From Curvularia clavata (Eukaryota): DNA of 64,000 nucleotides. Made by a program: the position numbers and the translations under genes. Location: positions 930,001-994,000 of the forward strand of contig CP089277.1 in assembly GCA_023920165.1 (NCBI GenBank), given 5' to 3'. Below the pieces are notes generated by a model. It was not told where the DNA came from. It saw nothing but the letters and a program-made list of their open reading frames with translations, and searched no databases. Of this stretch, positions 1 to 11,270 are shown one piece after another (the first letter of the stretch is position 1; every line of letters begins with the position of its first letter).

Positions 1-615
1 CCGAACTAATCTTGACCTTCAACACACTCGTACTCTTCACCTCGGCCTGTGTAGGCGGAACCCTACTCCCCTCCCACCTCCCCGGCAGCATATTCTCCGT
101 AATCAACTTCATAGCCCACATTGCCTCTTCCTCGTCCTCCACCACATTTGCGTACCCATACACAACCGCAGACCGATAATTGCACGAATTATGGAACGGC
201 GTGAGACTCAGGACCAGGCCGTCGAGGAACGAGGCGGCGATGGTGACGGGGAGGCCAGGGTTATCATCTTGAGGCGAGGCTTTCTTGAAAAGTCGTCCGG
301 ACACGTAGCCGTGGATGTAGACGTCCCGGTCTGGGCTGCTGGGAGAGGAAAAGTTGCCGGTGCAGCCGAGCATGGGGAGCACGACTGGGAAGGGGTGGGA
401 GGGATCGTTGAAGGAAACATGTAGGATGGGACAGCTGTCGAGGAGAGTGTGGATAGTTGTGTAGTCGTATTGGCCTGAGTTTAAGAGTGTTAGATTTGGG
501 TAAGTGGGCGAGAGAGAGAGAGAGAGAGAGAGAGATGCATGCCTCTGTTTGGTAACCGGCCGAGTTTGTTGACGGCAGTTTTTGGGTATTCTGGTGAAGA
601 CGACGAGGAAGACAT
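1..615 (-). CDS. FMN/flavin-nucleotide-binding protein, pyridoxamine 5'-phosphate oxidase-like (NimA-type); 3' end runs off the window
   Basis: Hand-spliced: exon 615-543 (MSSSSSSPEYPKTAVNKLGRLPNR), GC-AG intron 542-475, exon 474-<1 (GQYDYTTIHTLLDSCPILHVSFNDP...YIHGYVSGRLF...LDGLVLSLTPFHNSCNYRSAVVYG...ITENMLPGRWEGSR.PP..AE). The DGLVL..(T/S)PFH.S.NYRSAV motif is typical of this family. Confidence 0.85.
510..535. repeat. (GA)13 microsatellite inside the intron of the FMN-binding gene
   Basis: Directly visible perfect GA run. Confidence 0.95.
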
Positions 616-1352
616 GTTTGGTTTCTGTGGTTTCTCCTGCTCTTTGCGAAAAGTCGAGTAGTGTCTTCTTTCCTGATTGCTTTCACAGTGAATTTATAAA
701 GATACTAGCTAGTCCTGCTAAAAGAGAAAAAAACCGATTTCCTTGTGTTCTTTGTCTCTGCTCTATATCCAACAATTCAAGTCAAGCTGCATTTATGTAT
801 CTCCTGTTAAAGTCTGACTCCAACCACAGGCTGGAAAAGCGGGGGGCCTGAATTACTATTTCCGCCTCTCCTATTGGCTATTTCGATATGCGAACTCGCG
901 TATATAGCGTCTATACAAGTATGACTGGCAACACCCAAGCTCCGCGCTGGGTAGTGATGGGTAATCGTGGCTACACAAGGAATTGGCAAATCCAGCATCA
1001 GCCTTAATTGTGCAATTGACATGTCAGATAATTAGCGTGATAAAAAGGTCGTGATGTGTATATTCTGAATAATGTTTGCCCCTGATTCCGTTCATGACTC
1101 TATCCAATCCACCGGGAAAAATACGAATCAAGGAAAAACACGCCCCAATGAGCCTCAATGGCCATTGCTATGACACCGAATATCCAGACGGCGAGATTAG
1201 CCAAACTCTCCAAAGGAACTCCCAAACACCCAAAATAATGCATAATACAGAATACAGGTGTCGCGCCCGTCGTCTTGAAACATGCTCTCCTCCATGTCCA
1301 AACACAGACCCTCCTCTCTTCCTATCCCACGCTTCATGTTCTCAAATCCTCA

Positions 1353-3224
1353 CTACCTAAAACCCCATGCACTCCGCAGTCCACCCCTCACGCTCTCCAG
1401 CTTCAGGCACTGGTAGGGACTACTCTGCGGGTCGTAGTATAATCCCTCCAGCTTGCCGCTTGTCCGATTCAGAGCAACATAGTAGAATCCGCTTATGGTA
1501 AGACCGCAACCCGAGTCGTCAAACGTGGCATGTTCGGCGTCGTTTGCAGAAGAAGAGTTGAAGAGGGGCTGGGGTGTGATTTCAACTTCGGCGCGACCGG
1601 TTTGCGCATTACGGACGATACGGTAGGGCGAGGGCTGGATTTGAGACATGTGGACGGAAGTGGATGCTGGGCCATCTGAATAGAATGGCGCTGTTGTAGT
1701 GGAGGGTGGCGGTTGCACGGGATCTGATGTACTGCGATTTAAGCTCTTGACAAAGCAGCGTTCTTTCCAACGCATGAGGATCCATTCCTGGCTCAAGACT
1801 TCGGTAAACCATTTCTTGCTCGTCAAAGCCCTGATGACTTCTTCATCGGTCATCTTTTGGAAAGGCGGAAGCTTCCGCCAGTATGTCGCATCGTTTGCAG
1901 CGCTGGATTTGAACGATTCGGTAAGAAGAGTGTGGTTGTTGAAGTCGAGTATCTCGCCTTCCAGGTATGTGGTGATGGAGGATGTGCGCGTCACTGGCGG
2001 CGCACTACTGTTGGTGGGGAGTATGGAATGCGAGTGTGGGTGAGAAGGCACGTTGTATGCCTCCATGGTTGCGGAGAGGGACATGCTGTCCCAGTCGACG
2101 TCGTGGATGGTGACCTTGACGGGCCACTGATCTTGCTGGGGGTGTGTTTCGGAGGGTTGGGAGGTACGGGTCGTAGACGCTTCGGTAGGTGTCCATATCC
2201 ATGGCCGGATTGGAGGAGGGAGTCCAGAATGCCTCGAGGCGACAGAGACGCTGGGCGCTACAGTCGTCGCATGCTGGCACCCTGAGAGCACAGCACCGGA
2301 GACCAACCAGGACGTCTCCATGGGTCGAGGTATTGTGAATGTATCGGCGATGAAGTCGGCATGTTGTAAGCAGAAGTAGTCTTTGCTCAGGAATCCCGCG
2401 TCTCGGGCATATTCGAGACTCTCATCGACGTTACTCGAGTGGCGTATCCGCGACAGGTACTTGACTGTCTGCTCCAGCATGGGCGACGCGCGGGCGTCAG
2501 ACATTCGCTGCATTGAGGCGTGGCGCGAGGTAGCCTCGCGATGTCGCTCGACTGAATCGTTGTGCAGGCTGGCTCTAGCAGCGAGCATCTCCCTCAGGGA
2601 GCGGTGCGAGGCATGACGTGACGGCGCCTCACTGGACGCGGCTTCCCTGGTGCGGGCAGAGAAGCGTGGATGTCTCCGCACGCCGGCCGACTGTAGGATG
2701 GCCGTGGATCTCAAGGAACTCTCGGTGGCGGCTGGAGGGTCGTTCGCAGGCGACCAGTCGTAGAGGCTGTTCTGGCTGGGCACGCGGTCGCCATAGTTGT
2801 TGTCGCTCAACCGGCTGAGGCGACTCATCACTCGCCGCAGCCTGTCCCGCTGCTCCAGCTCGTCTCGCTGCCTCTCGAGCAGGCGCAGACGCTCGCGGGA
2901 TCGTTCGAGTCGCACCTGGTCGTGCTCGTGGGCGACGCGCAGGTAGTGCAGGTGGGCGCGTTCCAGGTCGTCGTAATCGTCGTTGTTGACGTCGTCGGCA
3001 ATGCCTTCTTCCTCCTCGCCTTCTTCAGGCTGGGTGCTCAGTGTCGCTGCTAGGTTGAGGACGTCGTCGTTGACGGGGCTTGCGAGTTCGCGCAGGGCTG
3101 AGATGAAGGTGGGCTCAGAATCCTAGATGATGCGGTTCCGTCAGTCATCCATGCCATGGTCGTGTCATGTCTGCCATGTCGCGGCACACGGACATGTTCT
3201 TACAGGCGAATTGGCGGGCGGCAT
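1353..3224 (-). CDS. Vacuolar import and degradation protein Vid24/Gid4-like (GID/CTLH E3 substrate receptor family)
   Basis: Exon 3224-3204 (MPPANSP), intron 3203-3123 (GTAAGA...CTGAC...CTAG), exon 3122-1353 in frame with the 520-aa ORF. Motifs QWPVKVTIHDVD, TYLEGEILDF, YWRKLPPF, WILMRWKERCFV, GLTISGFYY...LEGLYYDP.SSPYQ.L.L. Confidence 0.88.
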
Positions 3225-4700
3225 TGTCACGAAGCGGCCGCAGCGGGCATGGCGGGACGGGGCAGTGGAATGCGCGGACGCTGGGTGGGCTGTCGCATGT
3301 ACATACGCCAGACACGGCGTTTCGACATTCAAGGGCGTGGTCTCGGCGACCCCAAGATAAGACCGCGATGGCCAGACGGGCTACGGTGACGGGTTGCAAA
3401 AACAAACGTTGCCTTGCCCTCGGCGTCATGACTGATCGGACACGACAATGGCCCGACTATCTACCGCCCATAGCCCAGTCGCCGGTTCAAAGGCAGGAAT
3501 GCGGCACAGCTTCTGCATCCTTGCGTGTGCCCCCAGACAATGGCCTGGGACCCGTTGACCCGATACAATGGTCATGTCACGACATGATCGGCAGTCGTTG
3601 CTTCAACCTCACTGCACTTGTTTCACAGCATAGGAGCACTCTGTTTCTGAAGAATTGTTTTTTTTTGTATTGAATTTGAGGGTTCGTTTTTTTTGTGAAT
3701 TAAGTAAACAAGGCTAACAAAGAAGCTTGCTTCTGTCCAGCATCCAATTCACACCCGCCCAGATCAACCAGGCAGCGTGCTTCTCTCAAGACTGGCTTGG
3801 AGTGTAGGAGATGAACCCCACAAGTCTCTGTGCATCCAGTATTCCGAATCGGTTGAGGTCAGCAGAAGCGCAAAGGGCACATGAGAAAGTGTTTGCTCCG
3901 CAAGCAGAGGACCACTTCCCCAGAGTCAGCGACGCCACGGGCGTGCTCCTGTCTCGACCCCGCGCAACTGCCTCTCCCTTCCGACCCAGTCCTCTTTCTG
4001 CAACCAAAGACGAGCTATTACAGCGGCATCGCAGATGCTTGTATAACTTTTGTCGTCGCCTCTCGGCATGTCCAGCTGACACTCAATGCCAGTCCAAGTA
4101 GGCAGATTCGTGAACGTTGGTCGCGTCAATTCGTAAGAGTCATGGCATGCCACTGGCTCAACGAAGAGATGGCGCTTGCCCGTCCAGGAGGAAAACGACA
4201 TTAAAAACAAGAAAACCAAAAAAACAATGCGAGAGTGCCTGACCTCGTGAGCCGTGAGGCTGTGTTTACCGTCTTCCGTTAAAATGCCCGACATGCATAC
4301 CTCCCAGAGATGCTGTATTCAGTAAAGAAAAGACCTGGTCCGGCCGTGTTGTGCAATGAATGAACATAAGAGAAAAAAGTAAATCGCTCGCTGGAAAAAA
4401 AGGGAAATAGCAGTTAAGCCAAAAGCAGGTATCAAAGGAACATATACGAGAAGAGAGGAGAAAAAAATGACGCTCGCTAAAAATCGATGATAAACGCCGT
4501 CCCATGCTGGTTTGTTGATGATGTCTGCTTTGTTCAGACACCATGTCGTGAATATCGCATTCGTCTCGTGTCGGGCATCGCAAGGTTGGTGCACTGGCAA
4601 CCTGTGCGTGTAGGGAAAAAACTGGGGGACTGGCCAAGTCCGCGGTTCCCGCCATCGACAGAGATCAGATGAATGTACCACAGCATCAGCGCCATGGCAC

Positions 4701-5813
4701 TTATGTGAAGGCGGCGTACTGTGGTGCAAATCCTGTATCCCATCCGAAGCCGCCAAAGCCTCCATGCACGGCGCTTGACCCGCATTGCTGGGCCAGGACG
4801 CTCGGCAGAGGAAGGGCTGGGATCGGTGCCGATGCCGGGGGTGGGCTGTAGTACGAGCTCGATGTGTACGGGCTTGTGCTTGGCGCATATGGGCTTGTGC
4901 TCTGCGCGTACGGGCTCGTCGAGCTGTATGGCTGGCTGAAGGAAGGAGTTGGCGATGGCAGCTGAATGGCCTCGAAGCCCATGGTTCCCATGGTGCTCCA
5001 GAAGGAAGGACCAGTTTCACCGCAGGTAGCAATGGTAGGGCTGGGTGTCGAAGGGACGACTCTCCATGTGTCGACGGGAGCAGGGTGTGACGGGTGCATC
5101 TGCTGTGTTGGCACCCACCAGTTGGCGGATCCCGAAGAGCTTGGCAGAAGGGGTGCAGGTCGGACAACGTCGACAATCCTGGGGGGAGGAGGAAGGAGCG
5201 GGAGGAACAGTCCCATGATGGCGCTCTTGACGTCCTCACCTCGTCCCTCGAGAAGTTCTCCCGCGCCTTCTTCCTCGAGACCTTCGAGAGCCTTGACACC
5301 AGTGCGGAAGACGTAGCGGTTGACAGCCTGGACAAATCCATCTTGCAGCTTCTTGAGTTGCTGTTCCTTCTCGGCCCACTCCCAGGTGCTGGCGGAAACA
5401 TCGACCGAATAGATGTCCTTGTGGTACTCGATGAGTGCGTCGATGGTCTCCTGCGTCAGCTTGAATGCAACCTCATGTTGTGAAACCATGTCGACGTGTA
5501 CTACATAGGCCTCAATGTGGATGATCTGGTAGTTGAAGAGGGCTTCGACGAGCGGGTTCGAGTCCTTGCGCAGCTCCGAGTCGGGAGCCTTTGGGACCAT
5601 GATGGAGCAGAGCTGCCAGATGGCATTTGGGCCAGACAGGGTCTCGGTCAGACAGCGCGTGTGTTGCTGGACGCTGTTCAAGGGGCGCTTGACACGGTTG
5701 ACCCTCTTGAGGGTTTGTGTTAACCATGGCTCGACCTTGGAAGCCAAAACAACATTGACGTTGGAACGGGGCGCAAAGGCCGCAGCCGAAGCGGGTAGTA
5801 ACGAGATCGGCAT
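4701..5813 (-). CDS. Conserved ascomycete hypothetical protein (370 aa) with a Ser/Pro/Tyr-rich tail
   Basis: Single-exon ATG ORF, good start context (CACCATG), strong codon bias. Globular N-terminal half (VEPWLTQTLKR..RVKRPLNSV.QH.RCLTE.LS...IEAYVVHVDMV...EVAFKLT) resembles a Pezizomycotina family of unknown function. Confidence 0.85.
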   Translation of the reverse strand: MPISLLPASAAAFAPRSNVNVVLASKVEPWLTQTLKRVNRVKRPLNSVQQHTRCLTETLSGPNAIWQLCSIMVPKAPDSELRKDSNPLVEALFNYQIIHIEAYVVHVDMVSQHEVAFKLTQETIDALIEYHKDIYSVDVSASTWEWAEKEQQLKKLQDGFVQAVNRYVFRTGVKALEGLEEEGAGELLEGRGEDVKSAIMGLFLPLLPPPPRIVDVVRPAPLLPSSSGSANWWVPTQQMHPSHPAPVDTWRVVPSTPSPTIATCGETGPSFWSTMGTMGFEAIQLPSPTPSFSQPYSSTSPYAQSTSPYAPSTSPYTSSSYYSPPPASAPIPALPLPSVLAQQCGSSAVHGGFGGFGWDTGFAPQYAAFT

Positions 5814-7127
5814 GGTGGAAGGTTGTGTGTTTCAGGTGGTATGTGCGAGACGGGGTGCGATATTAGATGGGACGGACTCAAAGATTTAAAGGAAAGAAAC
5901 AAACGAGAGGTGAAGATGGGGAAAAAAATGTCTCTTTGGCGGATGAGGTTGTTGTGCGGCGCCTTTGATTGAGAGGGAGAGACAGGGGAGGGCGGGCGAA
6001 TGAGGAGGGGGGAAAGGCGAGCGAGGTGGGAGGCGGAGGGTGAAGAAGGGCTAGTGGTGGTGGTGGGTGCCATCTCTTAAGAGCAGGCTTACAAGCGACG
6101 ATCATGGGCCACTCGGCGTGGCCACACACACTCGGCAAGGATTTCATGCACACTGCCCCATTTGCCTGCGCAGCGCATTTTAGCTCGTCTACACGTGCAT
6201 ACGGGCGAGAATCTGCAGCTGCAGGTTTAGTCGGATCTAAGCTGACCGACGGACAGGGCGACAGCGTTGTGCACAAGTGGATAGGCGGGCTCGGAGCGTG
6301 AGCGAAGATTGCGATGAGCTCATGGCTGGCGGCCATGGGCAAAGGACGATTTGGCCATGCACCCACGGAGATGAGAAGCAACGAGGCGCTGCATCAGCCT
6401 CTCGAGTGGAAATAGCAAGGTTAGCCTACAGGTCGAGTATGACCGAATCGACACGGGCCTTTGACCGTGGCAGCTGAGGGTACGCAGCAGACAGAGGGCA
6501 GGTTGAAGCCACGGCATGCTTGACAACGGCAATGACGGCGAGGGTGGCAGCAAAGGGGGCGCACCGCCCGGCCTGCACAGTTGGGGATTACACGCCGTTG
6601 GCGGGTTTGGCGAGAAGCAAAAAAAGTGAAGCCTACGGGTGGGCTTACTGCTGTCGAGCATGTGGTGTTGCAACATGACACGGGATTCCAGAAGCTTTCC
6701 TTGGGCGTCCAGATGGAGACGACGCCGCAGCGGCTTTGCTGCCCTTTTTGGCGGGCCGCGGCGCCAGGGAGCGACTTTTTTGCTGGTGGGCTGGTCAAGG
6801 GGGGTGTGTCTGGCAGCGTCTTGCAGGCGGGTGTAGTCGTCGTCGTCTTGGAGCGTCGACAGGTTGACGTTGCTTGAGCCTAAAGATGGGCTGCAAACAC
6901 TGGGCCCAATCAGCGGGCGGGACAGGGGTGCGGGCAGGGATGCTCTACCGAAAGTCCCGCGATCATGTGCGCCGCCGCTCGCACACACGGCCCAGAAGCT
7001 TAGTAGCAGCGCAGAGCGTAGCATTGTCGAGTAGGCCCGGCGCGTGCTGAAGCATGCTGCACTCGCACCTTGGGCAACAGCACGATGCGCTGCCATGAGT
7101 GCATCCTCATGACGCTGGCCGTGACGA

Positions 7128-7165
7128 TGCTGCTGCTGCTGCTGCCACCACCACCACCACCACCA
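7128..7165. repeat. Compound trinucleotide microsatellite (TGC)n(CCA)n
   Basis: Directly visible adjacent TGC and CCA runs in intergenic DNA. Confidence 0.9.
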
Positions 7166-10100
7166 AAGCGGTGCGCCACGCTGGCCATGTGGGCGAGGCA
7201 CATGATGCGCTGTTGCGGCTGTGCAGGGCGGCGGTGACGGTGATGGCGACGGTTGCTGGACGGACACCGTTGATCGCTGCCGGCACCGCCGATAGACGAC
7301 GTCGCACATGTCCGAACTACCAACGTCAGAATGCCCTCTGCCAGCAAAACCCGGCCATGCTGCCAACAATGCTGGCTATAGTCGGCCGGCCGATATACTA
7401 CCGGCCGTCGAAAAGGAAAAAAAAAAACTTCGCCTCGATTGCGGAGCGCTGCCTGCAGGCCACAGGAGAAGAGTTTCGATACTGCGCGCTCGCAACCTCT
7501 CCGCCCATGCGATTGGAGAGAGCCTGTCCATGTGAAGCATAGCCAGAGGCATTACGCAAGTGTCCGGCATCTCCGGCCTCATCCAGTCGTAGCAGCAGAA
7601 GCAGCAGAAGCAGTAGTCGTCGCGGTAGTCGTTGTCGTCGTCCGTCGACTTATCGATAGCATCCGTCTGTACCATGTTTCAGACCCGACGACTGCGCCTC
7701 GCAGCAAACGAATACGCGGGGGGGCAAAACGCATATGCGGCCAGCACTGTGGCCTACCCCACAGGGACATTGGTGTTTTGGTCCATTAGCTGCAACGGTA
7801 TGCCTCGCAGCCTGCATCTTGGGCACCACCGGCTACCAAGAGCCAGCGCCTTTCAGCTCGACAGGGTTCCGCCAAGCTAGCCGCCCCCACTGAGCCGACT
7901 GCAAGCGGCTTTGTCCTTCCTTCCGTCCCCCACGACACCAGTCTACTACTATCCAGCCTACTATGACTCTTCATGCAAACATTTCGTCGGCCCCGTTTCA
8001 CACCATGCCCGAGCAAACGGCCGGATCGCACTCTACTGCACCCTTCTGACGTAGCCTACCGGATGACTCACATGACTTACTCGCGGCAAGCAAACCTGCG
8101 CCTACTACTTACAAGAAAAAAAATAGTCCGTCCGTCCGTCCATCCACTTGTAAGGGCATCCACCTCAAGCGCTACCAAACTTTTTCCTCCCCCACTCAAC
8201 TCTCTTCGCGCGCTGCAGCCCCGTCTCTACTCCCTCGTCCAATACCATCGGCTTTCCCTTGTCCCTCTCTAGCGTTGGTGGGCAGTAATGCAGGTGCATC
8301 GCAAGCCATTGTCACTGCTAACCTAACGGCCTCGCTCTAGAGACGGGCTACCCTCACCTTGTACTCAGGCTGCGCTTTACAGTACCTCTACACCAACTCT
8401 ATCTGGCCAGCCGCTATACTTGCCCAACCCCCTGTCTGCAACACACTTGCAGCATAGTGCATCTGTCTCACTTTCCTCTGCAATAAGCGGGCCAGATCTG
8501 CCACTTGCTACTAGCTTATCCTTCCCCCCTCCTTCCAACATCGATACACCCTGATCTCACCCCTAGCCAACGAGCGGTTTATGTATAGTCGTCTCAAAAT
8601 GGATGTGCCTGCAAAGCCACGGAACAATGTCCCCCGCACACTACATCCTACATAGGGTGCCTGCTCCGAAGTTGGTGGCTGTCTATTACCCAAGCCTTCC
8701 TGGATAGATTGCGCCCAGGGGGTGAGGGGGACTCCAACACCACTCGCTATCCCCAGCACCCTGGACGGGGAGCGCGGGCTACCGTCGTTCTGGTACCCAC
8801 CACACCAACTCCTCACCCGTAGGCCTCAACATATCATCTTTGAGAGCACCACGATCGGGGGTGTCGGATGGCCCCCTAGTCGCCTCCAACATGCTGACCC
8901 GTTCAACTGCCCCTCGACCACCACATCTGTAGGGCTGATCGGTGGGGTCTCAGGCACTGAAAAAGGGTCTCTTCAGCTCCTCATCGGTGACTTTGCCCGT
9001 CAATAGTCCATGTTCCTGGCCTCGGACTGCCCTCTCGAGCACATCGCATGCACAGCATAACTGTTGAACTTTGTCGGCGCTTCGCCAGACCCTTCACTGT
9101 TTCGACTAGCCTCCTGCTCCACCATCGGAGCACCTCAACCTCCACTATGGCGTCTAGACCATCCCAGACAGCCGCTGACGTACTCACCAAAATCTCTTCT
9201 TGCCCTCAATAGGAAAACATGAGCCACTTCTCATTCGGGAAGTTGGGCCGTACCACAGTATGGAACGCCAAAAACACCGACTGTGTCTATCATGCGCATC
9301 GTGGATGTCCAGTGTCACGACTATGAGGTTGCCAATACAAGTTCCCCTCACGGTGACAGACACTTTCCCCGCGGGATCGCCATTTCTATCCCTAGATGAC
9401 GACAACTTGACACAGTCTAGATTCCTTCTTGGGATTGCAGCGGCGGCATGGCATTCATGAACAAGCATCCATCCCAGTGACAGCATTCCTGACGTACGCT
9501 TTACAAAAGGACCGACCACAACATCTTATCTTGCCTCCCCCACGGAGACGCCTCACATCCATATTCTTTTTCTACGCTCTCGGATGTTACAGTAGCATTT
9601 CTTGTTTCAAGCTGCCCACACCCCTCCCACTCATTTCCACTGCTGTTGTGTCATACCATTTCACGCTACATCTCGGCTTGGAACTCTTCCCCGACTTTGG
9701 CGTTTTGTTTCTGTATGCATCAACACTGCTTTTTATACAATGGCACGTGGCTTGCGGATACTCAAGATCCCGGAGATGACACAGTATCTTGCGAGGCATG
9801 GTTACAATGAGATGCAGCCCTCGCGAATTCTTGCATACTTCTCGCATACAACCTTGTGTCTGCAGTCTAGGAACGTATTCTTAACATACAGGCACAACAT
9901 GCCGGAGAAAGAGATGAGGTTGCTCGTGTGTAGACCTCAGTAGTAATCTTCGAATCAATTCGGACCGAGCATAGACAAGCATCCGGAACCTCCGTCCACA
10001 CCGACGGCTTGCTGAACAGCCGCAAAGTTCACTGCGGGCCGATGGTTCTATTGTTGGCTCACAGCCGTAGGTCCATGAGATCGAGCCCCTTTAGAGTTTA

Positions 10101-11270
10101 CATGCAATGGTGAATCTCCTCCAGCGATTTGGGGTAAGTAACTTGAAATTTCAACATTATGAGCAACAAATTGTCAAACGTGCTTGGACGACCAAGTCCT
10201 CATCCACACTGCAACAGCGCGGCGAATGTTCACTTGATCAGAAACATGATGTATTTGTGTAACGCTGCAGGTACTCAACTGAGTCTGCTGTGGAGACCCT
10301 AAGTAGTTGTTGTTGCCATGATCACATGGAAATGTTTAGAAATAGGTGGCAAATGATGAGCTGTCAGATTCGCTGTCTTATCGTGACCGCTTTATGCAGT
10401 TGAGGGCATACGCAATATTTCGCTCAATGCTATCATTAGCCGGGCAGATAGGCATTTGCCAGAGTCTAGGTGCTCTGTATTGTCGCACAAGATAAGAAGT
10501 AAGCTGGACATGTTAATCTCGAACTATCACATAAGGTCACGTGCGCTCGTCACAAGGCTCGGGCCCGGCTAAAGCGACCGGCAGTTGCAGTTATGACATT
10601 ACAATACAACTGCCGATGCTTCCCAAGGTCCACAATCCTGTTGTCTCTCGGCATAACGCCCAGCTGTTGAATCCGTGAACATCGGCAGTTCCAGAATAGC
10701 ACAGAATGCGTCCAGCGACACCGATCTGTACTGCGTTGGATCTGAATACATTGTGAAGGAGCATGTAAGATTCTGGCACTGCATGACGTATCATGCCTCT
10801 GAGCGGCTCAGTAACAGAGATGCAAAAAGAGTGAGCGCAGGAGAATGACTACATTTCAATGTCGAATCGCAGCTTGAATAACGTTTGTATGGGTAGTTCT
10901 TGAGGTTGATGATGCTTACCCCACGAAAACCCCGGGGCCCCCATCTCCGCGCTTTGGAATCCTTCTGAGCCGTTCCGTAGTGGCCACCGATCCACTTTCA
11001 CGGTCTCACGTCAAATGCATCAACTGCCGACACAAACTATATCGCCCACAACCCGAACGCGTACCATTTGCTTCTGCCGGCGTGATCCGAGTGTGTAACA
11101 GCTTGAAATGACGATGGCGCAGGCCCGATTGCAGTCTGCCATTTATATGAGCATGCGCCCCTAACGGCATTGCAATATGAAGTGTTTTGCTGATCTTGCT
11201 TTGAATTTCTTGGATATACCCGGGCTCCGACTTAACAGCACCTATCACTGCGCACCCTGGGTTACGCAAG

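Noticed and set aside
6320..7369. 349-aa minus-strand ORF with poly-W/poly-Q
   Set aside because: Produced by microsatellites and GC-rich sequence; no domain or codon signal.
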